Assembly (NCBI GenBank): GCA_013239625.1
Contig: MU053588.1
Coordinates: 2,552,508-2,616,507, forward strand
Length of the DNA: 64,000 bases
Direction of reading: 5' to 3'
Source of the DNA: Lama guanicoe
Taxonomy: Eukaryota
A program made the translations under genes and the position numbers. This document shows positions 50,520 through 64,000 of this stretch, piece after piece. Every line of letters begins with the position of its first letter. Positions within the stretch are counted from its first letter, which is position 1. Under the pieces are notes generated by a model. The model was not told the DNA's origin and made no database searches. It saw only the letters and a program-made list of their open reading frames with translations.

Positions 50520-51290
50520 AAGAATTTTCTTAGTGGTTACACTAAGATAAAGTTACTCCTGTATCCAGTGGTGTAACATGTGTGTAACTGGAATACCAGA
50601 AGAAGAAGAAAGAGATAATGAGGCAGTGGAAGAATTAGAGAAAAAAAAATACCACCTGACATTTTTTTCCCCAAAAGTAGTGACAGAAGCCAAATCACAG
50701 ATCCAATAAGTTCAAAGGACACCAACAGGATGAACACCCCCAAACCCACATATAAGCATATTATATTCAAACCTCAGGAAACCAAGGACAAAGAGAGAAT
50801 GTTGGAGGCAGCTAAAAAAAAAAAAAAATACATGTTTACCCATTAAAACTAAAAACAAGTATACTAGCAGACATCTCATCACAAATCATGTAAGCAAGAA
50901 GACGGTGGAATGGTATCTTTAAAATGTCAAAAGGAAAAAGAGCTGTTAACCAAGAAGTCTATATAAAGCAAAAAAGTTATTAAAAATGAATGAGAAGTGG
51001 TGAGTTGTTTAATGGGCACAGTTTCAGTTCAGGATGATAAGAAAGTTCCGGAGATGGATAGTGGCAATGGCTGTACAACTAAGTGAATGTATTTAATGCT
51101 GCTAAACTGTACGTTTTAAATGGTTAAAATGACAAATTTTATGTTGTGACTATCTTATCAAAAATTTTAAATGATTTTTAAATTTTTAGACAAAAAGGGG
51201 CAAGAGGGGGTTGATTCATTGCCAGCATGCTTGCCCTAAAAGAAATACTAAGGCAAGTTCTTTAGGCAGAAAGAATATGATTAAGTTTTA
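50520..51290 (+). mobile_element. Old L1 fragments (ORF1 region plus an L1MB-like 3' piece)
   Basis: ggaataccagaagaag..aaaccaaggacaaagagagaatgttggaggcagc..gcaagaagacggtggaatggtatctttaaa; tgagttgtttaatgggcacagtttcagtt..aagttccggagatggatagtgg. Confidence 0.65.
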
Positions 51291-51299
51291 CATAAAGAA

Positions 51300-52098
51300 A
51301 TGAGCCCTAGGACCATCGCAACCCTGCAGCCACTTTGTGAATTGGCCCCAACCACTAGGGGCCAGCAACCTCCACATAAGAACCTGGCAACCAACCAGAC
51401 GCTTAGCAGCCCGCAGCCCGCGACCACCGAAAGTCCCGTGCAGCACACAGAAGGGGCACCCCTGGACTAGGCAGTACTGGTGACCAGAGGGGAGTGTACT
51501 GCTGGGGTGCAGAGGACATCTCCTACAAAAAACCACTTTGCCAGGATCGGGGGAATACAACCCACCTACCAAGCACATAGAAAGAAAAACAGTGACTTAG
51601 GCAAAATGAGGCCACAAAGGAATATGTTCTGAATGAAGGAACAAGACAAAACCCCAGAAGAAGAACTAAGTGAAGTGGAAATAAACAATCTACCCAATAA
51701 GGGGTTCAATGTAATGATCACAAAGATGGTCAAAGAACTCAGGAGAAGAGTGGATGAACAGAGTGAGAAGTTAGAAGTTTTTAACAAAGAGTTAGAAAAT
51801 ATAAAGAAGAACCAAACAGAGCTGAAGAATAGATTAACTGAGATGAAAAATCCACTAGAAGGAATCAACAGTAGATTAAATGATACGGTGGAGTGGACCA
51901 TTGAGCTGGAAGACGGAGGAGTGGAAATCACTGACGCTAAACATAAAAAAAGAGGGGAAAAAAAAGAAATGAGGACAAGGCGGGAAGGTATAGCTCAGTG
52001 GTAGAGTATATGTCTAGCATGCATGAGGTCGTGGGTTCAATTCCCAGTTCCTCCATTTAAAAAACAAATAGAAAAATAAACCTCATTACCTTCCCCCA

Positions 52099-52134
<36 letters not shown>

Positions 52135-52690
52135 CACTAAAAAAAAAAGAAACCAGGACAGTTTAAGAGACCCCTAAGACAACATCAAGCATTTCAACAT
52201 TCACATTCTTAGTCTCCCAGAAGAAGAGAGAGAGAAAGGGCCAGAGAACCTATTTGCAGACCTAATAGCTAAACAGTTCCCTAGCCTGGGAAAGGAAGCA
52301 GACATCCAAGTCCAGGAAACACAGACAGACCCAAACAGGATCAACCCAAAGAGGACCACATAAGGCACAGTATAATTAAAATGGCACAAATTAAGGGTAA
52401 AGAGAGGATATTAAAAGCAGCGAGGGAAAAACTACAAGTTACATACAACGATCTCCCATAGGCTGTCAGCCGACTTCTCAGCAAAACCTCCGCAGGCCAG
52501 AGGGTGAAAGGGGAAAACCTTCATCCAAGAATGCTCTGCCCAGAAAGGTTTGCATTTAGATTTGATGGAGAGATCAAAAGTCTGACTGACAAGCAAGATG
52601 ATAATAATAACAATAACAATAGCAATAGCAATAATATAAAAGAATGGAAACCAATTTTACAAGAAATATTTTTGGTTTTATTTTTTAGGT
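51300..52690 (+). mobile_element. L1 partial 5'UTR and decayed ORF1 (same family as the 31810 copy), interrupted by a SINE
   Basis: MKEQDKTPEEELSEVEINNLPNKGFNVMITKMVKELRRRVDEQSEKLEVFNKELENIKKNQTELKN.. is the L1 ORF1p coiled coil. Confidence 0.85.
51979..52140 (+). mobile_element. vic-1-like SINE with (CA)n tail, inside L1 ORF1
   Basis: gggaaggtatagctcagtggtagag..gtgggttcaattcccagt (A/B boxes); TSD-like aaagaaa(tg/cc)aggaca. Confidence 0.85.
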
Positions 52691-52786
52691 TCAGAAATCT
52701 TTATTAAAATGAAAGCAACAACGTTGGCTATAAAATGACACAGCTAAAATTTAAACTTAAATCTGTATTCTCTAAGTCAAAAAAAA

Positions 52787-52910
52787 TTTTTTTTTGGTAG
52801 GGGGGAGGTAATCAGATTTGTTTGTTTATTTATTCACTTATTTTGATGGAAGCACTGGGGATCGAACCCAGGACCTCGCACTCTACCACTGACCTACACC
52901 CCCCCCCCAC
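52787..52910 (-). mobile_element. vic-1-like SINE
   Basis: ggaggtaatcagatttgtttgtttattt..gggatcgaacccaggacctc..ctctaccactga. Confidence 0.75.
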
Positions 52911-53529
52911 CGTCTAAGTCTCAAATTCTTAAACATGCTTCTCTTGAGGGCTAAATGTCAAGCCTATGTATTACCTGGAAATGTCCCCTCATGCATTAAT
53001 GATCAGAGGCCCCCTTTCTCTTATTACAACCATTCTCCTTTCAGTGTGTTCACACAGTCAGTCCCCATGCCCAGTTTCTCCCGACAGGAGAATCTCCACC
53101 CCTCCTCCAAGTCTTCACCCCTCCTCCCCTCAGTTTACAGGTCTGGTTCGCTCATGTTTCAACATATACACAGGAACTAAACTGTCATGTTCCCATGACA
53201 TTTCACCACATCTGCTTATCACAGATCATTCCAAATACCTCCCCTTCACACGGCTACACCTGTGCCAGTGCGTGATGAAGATACCAGAAAGGGCTAGTTA
53301 CAGTGTCACAGATACCCTACTGGCTCTCACAATTGTCTGGCGTTCTGCTATGACCACCTCCAACTACAAATCAATTAGATAATCTGAAGAAATAATTCGG
53401 CTCCCTGCCATAAAATCTGTGAATATCCCTCCATTGCTAATTACTAGTAATTCCTCCTTTCTAAATGGAAAAGTCACCTCTATTCGTGGCTTAGTCCAAT
53501 CATCTTTCTTTCCTCCTGCTTTCTCTTTT

Positions 53530-54057
53530 TAACATTGAAGTATACTTAGTGTACAATATTATATTAGTTTCAGGTGTACAAATAGTGATTCAATATTTTT
53601 ATAGACTATACTTCACTTAAAGTTGTAACAAAATAATGGCTATAGTTCCCTGTGCTGTGCTACAGTTCGCGCGGTGCTGTGCAACGTATCTTTGTTGCTT
53701 CTTTATTTTATATGTAACAATTTGTATTTCTTAATCCCCTGCATTTATTTTGCCCCACCCTCCCTTCCCTCTCCCCACTGAAAACAACTAATTTGTTCTC
53801 TATATCTGCGAGTCTGTTTCTGTTTTGTTATATTTATTCATTTGTTTTATTTTTTAGGTTCCACATGTAAGTGATAACATACATTATCTGTCTCTGTGTG
53901 TCTGACTTATTTCATCAGGCATAGTAGCCTCTAGATCCATCCACATTGTTGAAGTGGCAGAATTTCATTCTTTTTTATGGCTAAGTAATCTTCCATTGTG
54001 TATATATACCACATTTTCTTTATCCATTCATCTGTTGATTGACACTCAGATTGCTTC
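53530..54057 (-). mobile_element. L1 3' end
   Basis: attgaagtatacttagtgtacaatattatattagtttcaggtgtaca..ttccacatgtaagtga..ctttatccattcatctgttgat. Confidence 0.85.
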
Positions 54058-54260
54058 CTGAATCCTAAAGAATACACCAAAAAAACCTGGAGCTAATAAC
54101 TGAGTTTTGCAAGGTCACAGAATATAATGTCAACATACGAAAGTCAAATGTATTCTTGCATAACAGCAATAAAAAATTGGAATCTTAAAAAAATTTAATA
54201 TTATTTAAGTTAGCACCCAGAAAATGAAGTACTAAGTTCTAAATATAACAAAATTATAAT
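54058..54260 (+). mobile_element. Old L1 ORF2 fragment
   Basis: aatcctaaagaatacaccaaaaaaacctggagctaataactgagttttgcaaggtcacagaatataatgtcaacata (NPKE..K..ELI.EF.KV..Y..N motif). Confidence 0.65.
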
Positions 54261-57200
54261 ACAATCGAAAGCTCACTTCTGAGTCTTTCCACTGTTTTTT
54301 TCTCCCCATAAGGGCCCAGTTCATTGTTCCTCCCCTACCTTTCCGTTTTCTTCTAAAGTTGGACAAGTAGACCAGATCCCAACCTCTCCCTTCCTATAAA
54401 AAAAAAAATCAAAAGATAGGTCAGGACTCATTGAGAGGGTTAGACTGGAAGGAAGTGAAAATGAATCAATCAGTGTGGAATTTCCTGATGAGGATGGCAT
54501 GGGTAGAGGGAAAGTAGGTTTTTAGAAGGATGTATGATTGAATGACAGGGATAAGAATGAACGGATGGGAGGATGGATGGATGAATGTAAGGGTGCAATG
54601 ATGGAAGAAAGAGTGGATGGCTGGTAAATGGAGGCTTGGTAGGAGGGATGGATGAATGTATTAGAGGACAAAGGATAAAAGAATGGATGCTATTGAAAGG
54701 GTACAAAGCTGTAGTTTGAAATAATTGGTTGGATGTGAATGGATGGAAGACTGTCTGAATGACAGACTGAAGAAGGGAAGATTGAATGAACCACCCTGGA
54801 GGGGGAAGACTTTGAAATTGGCACATGGGCAGGTGGGGATGGATGGATGGATCTTAGATGGGCAAGTTTCTGTCGGGGTAGAGGTGTATAGTTCCTACAT
54901 ATTTAGGGTTGGGGGTGTTCAATTAGGAAGTCATAAGAGGTAATGATGTTGTATCTGATAGTATCAGAGACCCCAAAATAACAGTGGCTTAAGCAAGATA
55001 GCAGTTTATCTCAACATGCTAGTCTGAGTGTAAGCAGTCAGAGACTGATATGGCAGCTCCAGTGCTAAGAACCATGTTTCTTCTATCTCTAGCATCACAG
55101 TTTCCCAGGGCATCACCCTAATCCTTACAGTTGAAGATGGACTTCCACCTCATGTGCCAGGTCTACATTCCAACCAGCAGGATGATGGGACACAGGAGTG
55201 GCACAACCTGGAAGCAGTAGTCATCACTTCCCCTCAGGTCTCATTTGCTCCCAGTCTCAGTGTCACATTTAGCTGCAAGGGAGGCTGGGAAATGTAGTCT
55301 TTATCTTGGATGATCTTGAACTCAGCTCAGATTTGGGATTCTATTACTAAAGAAAGGAGGGATAAATAAGTGCAGGGGAACAACTAACAGTGTCTACCAT
55401 AGGGAATGACTCAGGGCTGATGGGGAAAAAAAAGGAAACACTCTGCAAAGAACAGGGTTGATACCCAGTTAATGCACTCATCATTATGAAACTGTGGGAT
55501 GGGGAATGTGGACCCAGATAGGTTCCCAAACTAGCAGAGACAAGTACCTCTGGGCATCTTGCTGCTTTAGTTCATGTGCTTCCAGGTGGTAAAGATCACC
55601 AGGACGGACACACGGCAAACAGAAAGGAGGTGACGACCTCTCAGATCTCCATGTAACAAGGAAGAAGGAACTGCCCTTGGCCATAGGCCCTGGCTACAAA
55701 GATTCTGGGATTCAGCTTCTTCAGTAACCTGAGCACCTTCAGATTAGATTTCCTGGGGGTTGGATCCCACTTGGGAGCTTGCCAAGGTGTGGAGTTTACA
55801 TAACTTGTAGTCTCCCCCGCTGAGCAACCACTGAATGAGCTCATGAGACGATTCTCTCGTCTTTCTCCCTTCAGCCCCCTCCTCGCTCATGTCCACACCC
55901 TCCAACTTTGTCCTCTGAGAGTATGGAACACTCTAGCGCCAGTGGGAACCAGGTTCAAGTCCTGCCTCTGCTACTTTCTTGGTGTGTGTGATCCTGAGCA
56001 AGAAAGACGCCTCATTTCTTTGAGCCTCTGTTTCCATTTCTGAAAAAATGAGGATACCATTAACAGTACCTCCTTTGCAAAGTTGTTGTATGGATTAAAT
56101 ATACTGAAAGCCATCAGCGTGGTATCATCACTATCACTCAAGAAGCTATCCTCTAACCCGGGCTCCTCAGCCCTTTGAAATCTGTTCTCTGGGAGGAATT
56201 TACTGTAAATGGGGTGGATGGTTGGGATATGAGGCTGAGTGGGGTTGAGCATGCACTGGGTCTAATGGCAGGTAGTAGGCAGACAACCGCATGGACTGTC
56301 GATTGGGTGCTGGACCAGCAGGGGAGGCAGGGAGAAGAAGGGCGGGGGGGGGGTGCCTGTTTCTGAGCCTCTTCCATGCGCCAGCTCTGCGCTAAGGTCT
56401 TTACTTTCACACTCCTGTGGGTCTTCAGGTCCTTGAGGTCATCCCCATTTTATACACGAATGGATGAGACTCACCCGAGGTCACTGGGCTCTCAAGGGGC
56501 AGAGTTAGGATTATCACACCAGTTTGTCCCTCCAGGAACTGTCTCCCACTGGTGTCTTGCCTCAGTGTCCTCTGCTGCCTTGTGGGTGGAAGATCTAAGG
56601 ATGGGACCAGCTGGTGTGTATCAGGGAGGGAGTAAGAAGTGGTGAGGCTGCGAGTGGAGTAAGGAGAGCCCTGGTGCTGAAGTGTAGGTGTTGGGAAGCT
56701 AAGATGCTTAATATTTTTCTCTGGTAGGTGGGGCAGTGACCTACAGGATTTTCAGGAGCACCATGCGCCCAAGAATCCCCAGGAAGGGGATAGGCAGTCA
56801 TTTTTCTCTCTTGTTGAAGCCCAAAATCTGTGGGGTGGGGAGGAAGCCGGGCATCCTTCCTTCAGTCCTGAGAGGTCTTAGTTTTGGCTTTCAGTAGCTG
56901 GATGTCCCAGGCCTCATTCAGTTGGATCGGATGATTCCCCCAAAGTTTCCATCAACAACTTGTTTCCGTGGTTTCGCACCTTTCCCAGGGGCTGGGGGAG
57001 CGCCCGGGTCCTTGCCCGTCTCCTGTGGGAAGCGCTCCCTGACTGCAGCCTCTGTCTCCTCCTCTAAGCCCCCTCCCCGCTTCCAATCCTCCACTGTTCA
57101 TTCCCTGGCTGTGTCTAGGTGAGGGGGCGGTTATCTGATCTCTCCACCCAATCCAGGGAGAATGGAACTGGGAGAGGCGTGTCTGAGGCCAAGTTGATGG

Positions 57201-59409
57201 AATGAAGAAAAGGAGAAGGTTAAGAAGGGTGAGAAGGGAGAACATGTTCCTCCCTGGCTTCCTCTTCAGCCCTCACCCCCTCGAATTCATAACGAACAGT
57301 TATATAATCAGCTCCACCTTCCTCCCTCCGGTGGGCAGAAAGCCAAGGGGAGGTGTCTGGGCAAAGAGGGTGTGTAAGTCAGAAGGGAGCAAGAGACAGT
57401 AATTTAAGCAATTTCAGGGTGACTGAACGCAAGAGAAAGAGTGGCAGTGGGTGGAGAAAGAGTGAAAGGGCCAAGGAGAGGGAGAGGGAGAAACAGAGTG
57501 TCAGAGAGGGATGAAGAGAGAGATGAGGGGAGAGGATGTGAAGGAGGGAGCAGGGGAGGGAGTGTTGAACTGGGACCCAGAGAAACAGGAAGAAGGCATC
57601 AGAGAAAGACGCAGGACACAGACAGAGGGAGAGACGGAGCCAGAGATGGAGAGAGACAACAGAGAAAGGAAGAGACAGAGCTAGAGAGAGACACTCACTC
57701 AGAGATGTGTGGACAGAGGCAAAGCCTGGGAGAGACCTGGAGAGATCTAGAAAAGCAAGCAATAGAGATTCAGAGGAAAGAGCCAGAGAAATACAGAAAG
57801 ACTGAGATAGAAAGAAAGTGAGAGAGCAGGACAAAGAGTCACAAAGAAAAAGAGAAATGGGTCAGCAAGGGAGACAGAGAAATGCCTGAGGCAGAAACAG
57901 AGGCGGCAGCTGGGAGGAGAGATGTAATCCAATCAGAGGGCTAGGAGCCCTGGCTACGCCTCGGGAGCAGCCGGCACAGTCAATATTTTCCTAGTACAAT
58001 TTTCACGCCAGGTGCTGACAGACTGGATCTCTCTTAATCCCAGCAACAAGTCTCAAAAGTGATGATTATGGCTAACACTTAGAGAGCACTGACTGTGTCC
58101 CAGGCACGTTCTAAGTCCTTTGTACAACATCTCACCTGGTCCCCCAACAGCCATACATGGTAAGTGTGACTATTATTTCCACTTCACAGAGGGGGAGACT
58201 GAGGCATGCAGAGGGGTGAGGTCACTTCTCCAGGTCACCAGTTAGTAGCCAGGATTCAACACCCAGGCAATCTGGCTCTAATCCATCATTTCAACACCTC
58301 TGTTCCCAAGAAAGATTGCCGAGGACCCTAAGGACGTGACTCCCAAGTTGGAGAAGTGATGGTTCTTCACCTGGAGTCCAAAGATGCTTGGCGCCCACGA
58401 ATACCCCGCTATGACCGTGCAGTGTGGCCAGCATGCCCACCTGGAGAGACTGCACCCAAGTGTTTTGGATCCCTGGAAGAGATGGCTCTTTTTTTTTTTT
58501 AAATTCCACACGTGGTTATGATGAACCCCACTATGTGCACTGGTCTGGAGGATGGGGGATCTCAGGGAGCAAAGCAAACAATCGCAATAATAAACAAATC
58601 AGTGAGAATCCTTGTCTTCACTCAGCTATTTCTTGGGTAGAGGAGTCATTGTCACAGGCAACATCTGATTGCTCCTGGAGTTTGTCAGGCTTGCTCTCAC
58701 CCCAAGGCTGTGGCCCTTGCTGGTCCCTCTGTTGGAAATGCTGTCTCCTGTCGCTCCACACCTTCCTGTGCCTGACTCTCAGAAGTCACCTCCTCCAAGA
58801 AGCCCTCTCTGACCATCCAGTCTGAAGCAGCACCCTCCCCCATCAGTATCCCTCCTATTTCCTTGTTTAATTTGCTTCATGACATTTATCCTCAGCGGAG
58901 GTCATCTTATCTGTTCAGTGCGCTGCTTGCTTTAAGTCTTTCTTATCTGCTAGAACTTACCAACTCCAAAAGGGGAGGAGCTTTGATTTTCTTGTTCTTC
59001 GCCAGCATTCCTGTGCTTACATAAGTATGTCACATGTGCTCACTAAACCTTGGTGGATCAGTCATGACAACCGACTCATGCCTCACGCTCCCCACGGGCC
59101 ACTGGATGCTGCATGTTCCTCTCTTAGAGTAACTCAGTTAATCTCCCAGTGGCTCTTGCTGGAGCGGATCATAGGTGAGAAAAGTGAGAGCTTAAGAAAC
59201 TCGCTCAGACTCACAGCATTGGACAAAGGCAGGCTCAGGATTCAAACTAAGCACTGGGCTCAGCTCCTCGCTCAGCCCTGTGGATCACCTGAGCCCCATG
59301 AGGGCCAGGCGCTGAAGAGGTTAACATCATTCAAAGAAAAAAAAATTTTTTTTCTTTTTTTAGAGATCTCATTTTTTTTTAATCCTCCACCTATGCTTTA
59401 TTTTCTCTT

Positions 59410-59515
59410 GGCAATAATTAGGTTTATTTACTTATTTAATGGAGGTGTGGGGAATTGAACCCAGGACCTCGTGCATGCTAAGCACACACTCTACCACTGA
59501 GCTATACCCTCCCCA
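59410..59515 (-). mobile_element. vic-1-like SINE
   Basis: ttaggtttatttacttatttaatggaggt..gaattgaacccaggacctcgtgcatgctaagcacacactctaccactgagctataccctcccc. Confidence 0.82.
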
Positions 59516-61854
59516 CCAAAGAAAAGTATGGCGTCAGCCACATCTGCCCAGAGATGAGGGGCACAGCGCGCGGGGCCACAGGGAAAAGCGGCAGTGCGGG
59601 TCAAGAGGCAGGAAGGAATGAGAGGAAGGCACAGGCATAGCCCGTCCTGGGGAAGGCGGGCAGAGTAAGCAGTACAGGAGGCTAACTGAACCTTTTCAGT
59701 GGGCTCTGGGGCCCAGGGACTGTCCTGGATGACTGGTACCTGGTCCTGGGTTGATTGAGGACTGGGAAAATATTAGCTTGACTGTCACTATTCCAGGGCA
59801 GGTGCCTCTCCCACTGGACTGTCTCAGTCTTTGCTGTGTCCCCAGCCCTTGAGAGGCTGCTCAATAAATAGTCACTAAAGGACAAATTAATTAAAAAGAG
59901 AACAGGCAAGGGGAATATTCCAGGGGACAGGCGTGAGCTGGGGCTGGAGAGACGTTCAGGGTGAAGGCAGCTTCCTCCTTCTCCTTCTCTTCCTCCTCTG
60001 CTTCCTCCTCCCACTCCTCCTCCCTGCTCCCTCTCCCCATCCTCACCCATACCCATCTTGGCCAGACCTCCCATTACATAACCTCAGTTCTGGTTCCTGC
60101 TGTTGAAACTGTTTCCTTTTGAAACAAAACAAAAGCTAACTTTGGCGAGGCCGGCCCCTTCCTCACTCACACACAGATCTGGCCCGGGGAAGGGGTTGGG
60201 GGTGGGGGTGGCTGAGCCCTACAGCTCTGGCCAGATGCCCCCGCAGGCTCTGACTAGGTAGGGGACCTGCGGGCAGAGCGCGGCTCTGGCCCCAGAGCTG
60301 GTCACCCTGGCGCTGGTGCTCCCCCTGCAGGACAAGGGCTGCAACTGCAAGGCCGGCTGGGAGGTGAAAATGCTCACCTCCAAACACTGCTTACAATGGC
60401 CTTTCTGCCTCTCTCCGGCTGACAGGATTTGCCCTGAAGAGGGGCTACCATCTTAGCTGTTCTGTAGTGTTCTAGAAGAACCATACTCAACCTCAGGCTC
60501 CTACTGACAGGCTCTCTCTCTTCTTTGAGTCTCTTACATTCCCTTCTTCTGTCTTTTCTTTAGAGGGAAAAATGCTTCAGTGGGGCCTTCAGTTGTGTGA
60601 AAGGAAAGCCAAGGACTTATTTTTGATCAGAAACATCTAAGCCAATGAGGCAGAGACACACTGCATGGTAATATTTACCCCCTAGATGTGACCCATCCTG
60701 GTGAACAAGATACATCACCTCCCCGACCAACCCCCCCCCATCCCCACTGTGGGATGGTCCTCAGCCTCCTTCAGAGTCCACCGCAACAAAAAGAGCCTTT
60801 TTGGTAAGCTATTGACTTTAGGGGAAAAAAAGTTTAAAAGAAAATACGGGGAAAGAGAAAAATAAAACTATAAAAAATGAAATAGTCTGTTTAGCGAAGC
60901 CACCTGTTTAGCTGTACTTGTTTGCAGTTACTTTTTGTTCGGTGGGCCCACAGGTGAAGGTCCCTGACGCTGGTGTTCAGTGTGTGTACTTTTATGTCAA
61001 CCCCAGACTCGTTTCCTTCTACTTTGTAGCTAATGCCAATTGGGTGTCTAGTGCTGAATGCAGGGAAAGAGAATCAGCCGATCACATTCATTTTTCATCC
61101 CTTTCCAGTATTATGTTTGTTTCTGTAGCCATGGCGTATGCCAACTTTTCCTGTATATACACGGCAGCTTAACTTCTTCCTCTGCCCCCTGCCTTTTCTT
61201 CCTCTCCCTTCCACAGGTGTTGGCTGAGCCCAGGAACACTGGCTAATAGATATCCTGCCCACCAAACTCCATCACAGAGTCCGTTTCCCAAGAACCCAAC
61301 CTGCAATGGCCATGACTGCGTGAAGACAGTCACCTGTGTGCATGGAAGCCGGCCATGTGTTCCACTGGGAGTGCATCCCTTTTGGTGGGTGCATTCAGAG
61401 GTCCATTCAGGACACGCCTACCACATGTTATGTGTCTGTTATGTTGTTTTGTGCCACCTCTGTTTCATAGACTACAGCAGAAATCACTGGAGACACCTGG
61501 AGGGGGATTCAGAGACTGGTACATTTTGGGGAGCTCCTAAGAAGACCACTGAGACTCTTCAGATGCCACCAAGGTTCCTTGGCCTGGACCCAAGTGTTTC
61601 TCTGGAGTCAGGTGAGCCCAGGTGAACTGTGCCAAGAACATCCACTCTGTGCTGTTTTGTTCTCATAACCTGAGCTATTGTAAACTGTAAAGCTATGCCA
61701 AGTATGACACAGCTGAGACTAGGCAAACTGGGTAGCTCTGATACAGATGGAAACTTGATCATTAAAACATACAAACAAATGTGCCCTGATGGATACAGCT
61801 AAATCACACCTGTGTGGCTCATTTCACCAGAGTGAGGTATAAGCACGGTACATG

Positions 61855-62165
61855 CTATAGTCAGCTCGGGATGTTATAACAAAAGACTGTAGACTGGGTG
61901 ACTTAAACAACAGACATTTATTTTTCACAGGTCGGGAAGTCCAAGACCAAGATGTAAGTAGATCTGGTTCTTGGTGAGGGTGCACTTCCTGGCCTGTGGA
62001 TGGCTGCCTTCTCCCCATATCCTCCTCCTATACGGGCACTAATCTCATGATAGGGGCTCCACCCTCATGACCTCTTCCTAAACTTAATTTCCTCCCCAAA
62101 GCTTCATCTTCTAATACGAATCACATTGAGGGTTAGGGCTTTAACCTATTCATTTTGAGGGGACA
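61855..62165 (-). mobile_element. MaLR LTR (MLT1A-like)
   Basis: ataacaaaagactgtagactgggtgacttaaacaacagacatttatttttcacag..ggctccaccctcatgacct..atcacattgagggttagggctttaac. Confidence 0.75.
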
Positions 62166-62334
62166 AAAATGGTACACCATCTTTATTTTCCAGTTAATCA
62201 CTTGAGATCACACATGCCCATGTTAGCAAGAATCCAGCGTTTACCTCTTTTTCCCAAATTGTCCAGGAATCCAGGCGTTCATTCTCAAAGGTGTCAGTTA
62301 GATCCTAGAAGCGAGGCAAAGCAAAAAAAAAAAA

Positions 62335-62410
62335 NNNNNNNNNNNNNNNNNNNNNNNNNNNNNNNNNNNNNNNNNNNNNNNNNNNNNNNNNNNNNNNNNN
62401 NNNNNNNNNN
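62335..62410. other. Assembly gap (76 N) within a poly-A run
   Basis: Run of N flanked by A tracts. Confidence 0.99.
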
Positions 62411-64000
62411 AAAAAAAAAAAAAAAAAAGTGGGATTGTCCCATGTATTCACATCTGCCTTCACTCCTAAAGAGTCTGCGAATTGGGTACCACTAGGGAAG
62501 TGTCCCCTCTTGTTGCATCCATCAGGCCCCAGCAGGGTGTAGATGGCACACTCACAGGGCTTAACCAAAGGAGGTTAATGGTGAGACTGTCTACAGATGG
62601 ATAAGTAGGGCTTGGGGAACCACCAAAGGCCAGTGATGTGCTCTGGGGAGTGAATACCAGAAAGCGGGATCATTGGGGTCACCTTGGTGTCTGGCTACCA
62701 CAGCACCCTTTTGTCCACCAGCCATCGTCCTGCATCTGGCCTGCAATTTGGAGATGGTGGCCAGAACTCCAAGAGCTGTCTTGAGCCATGGGGTGACCCT
62801 GAGAATTGTATCAGAGTTCCATCAGGAAAGAGAACTCCATGAGGATTATGGAATAAGAAATTCATTATAGGTGTTAGATCTTACACAGTGGTGGGAGGGG
62901 ACAGGAAGATAAAGATTTGAACAGGGAATCAAAGAATCAGAGAAGGGGCACTAACCAGTCCTGGCAGGGATGAGTGAGTCTGAGCTTGCAGAAATCTGGG
63001 TGCTACGCTCACCCACCATTACAGAAAGACTATGAAAGTGCTGAGGAGGAATTTCTCTGGGAGATGGTTGGTTTTGGGGGCTACCTTCTCTGTGAGTTCA
63101 CCATGAAGTACCTGGTAGTGGGCTTGGGGCCACTTTTGATCAGCAGGACCAGCATTCCAGAAGGAGAGATGGATGCAGAAAAATAAGATGGAGGACAGAT
63201 TAGAACCCATCACTGACTCTGCTTCCGACTAAGGACAACCTTCAAACAGCACTGTCCGCTAGCTTCATTCCTGCCTCCCAAATCTTGCACATCATCACGG
63301 CTAATTCTAACCTTGAACCATGTGGGAAAGTGAAACCTGGTGGATAAAGATGCAACATAGGATTGGAAGCCATTTGATAAAAGTGGCAGAGCAGAAAGAA
63401 AGCACTTAAGTCCTAGAAGATTTCATGCTGCTGTCATCCTCGGACTAGCCACCTCAGACATCCTTTACCCGGAAAAGAAATAAGATTTTAAAGTATTCTA
63501 ACCATTCTTGCTTTGTCTGGGTTTTCTTTTTTTTTTTCTTTACATACTGCTGAGCCTAATCCTGACTGATACACTGAGTATTTTTCTAATTTATTCTTTT
63601 TCTTGCCTACATCTGCTCATTTGAAATCCAAAGAATATTAACCAATACAGCCCTATAACATGGTGACAGGAGTCAAAACCAGTAAGAGTCAACAGCACGC
63701 ACTTACTTCACGCCAGGCACTGTATTAAGCACTGGGCATTCCATTTTCACTTAAGTCCCAGAGCAACCCTGGGAGATGGTTTCTATTTTTATCCCCATGT
63801 CACAGAGTGGGAAATAAGGCATAGAGAGCTTGAGTAATAACTTGCCCCAAATCACACAGCTAGGAAGTGGCAAACTGGGATTTAAACATAAGCAGCTTGA
63901 CTCCAAAAGTTCCTGTTTTGTTTTTTAATTGAGGTGAAATTCATATAGAATTAGCCATTTTAGAGTGAATAATTCAGGGATAGTTAGTATTTTCACCGTG

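Noticed and set aside
51979..52055. tRNA-like sequence with A and B boxes
   Set aside because: Head of a vic-1-like SINE with tail and TSD, present in at least seven copies in the window; not a tRNA gene
54300..64000. Expected CYP2B/CYP2S exons or a PBREM upstream of CYP2G1
   Set aside because: No P450 exon signatures or canonical TGTACTnnnnTGACC DR4 found by eye; only repeats and scattered FOX-like motifs (e.g. 60887-60924)

Overview
This is mammalian genomic DNA, very probably camelid: it carries several copies of a tRNA-derived SINE resembling camelid vic-1, plus cetartiodactyl-type L1 3' ends. The window covers part of the CYP2ABFGST cytochrome P450 cluster. Two complete 9-exon genes lie on the minus strand, a CYP2A13-like gene (CDS 24619->18473) and CYP2G1 (CDS 47772->39001). 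Both have exons of 180/163/150/161/177/142/188/142/182 nt, GT-AG introns and 494-aa open frames. Main observations: (1) CYP2G1 is frame-intact, but its heme-binding motif has Cys in place of the conserved Arg (GKCICLG, R437C). (2) The CYP2A has Ser at active-site position 297 (normally Asn) and Cys at 433 (normally Ser). (3) Two decayed CYP2F-like exons (2 and 3) lie on the opposite (+) strand at 10957-11121 and 13449-13596. (4) A perfect 37-bp fold-back palindrome sits where an L1 breaks off. The rest is mostly ERV/LTR, L1, MIR/L2, MaLR, SINE and simple repeats, with one N gap. I found no evidence of a wholly new multi-gene system. Family assignments and residue comparisons come from recalled reference sequences, not from database searches.
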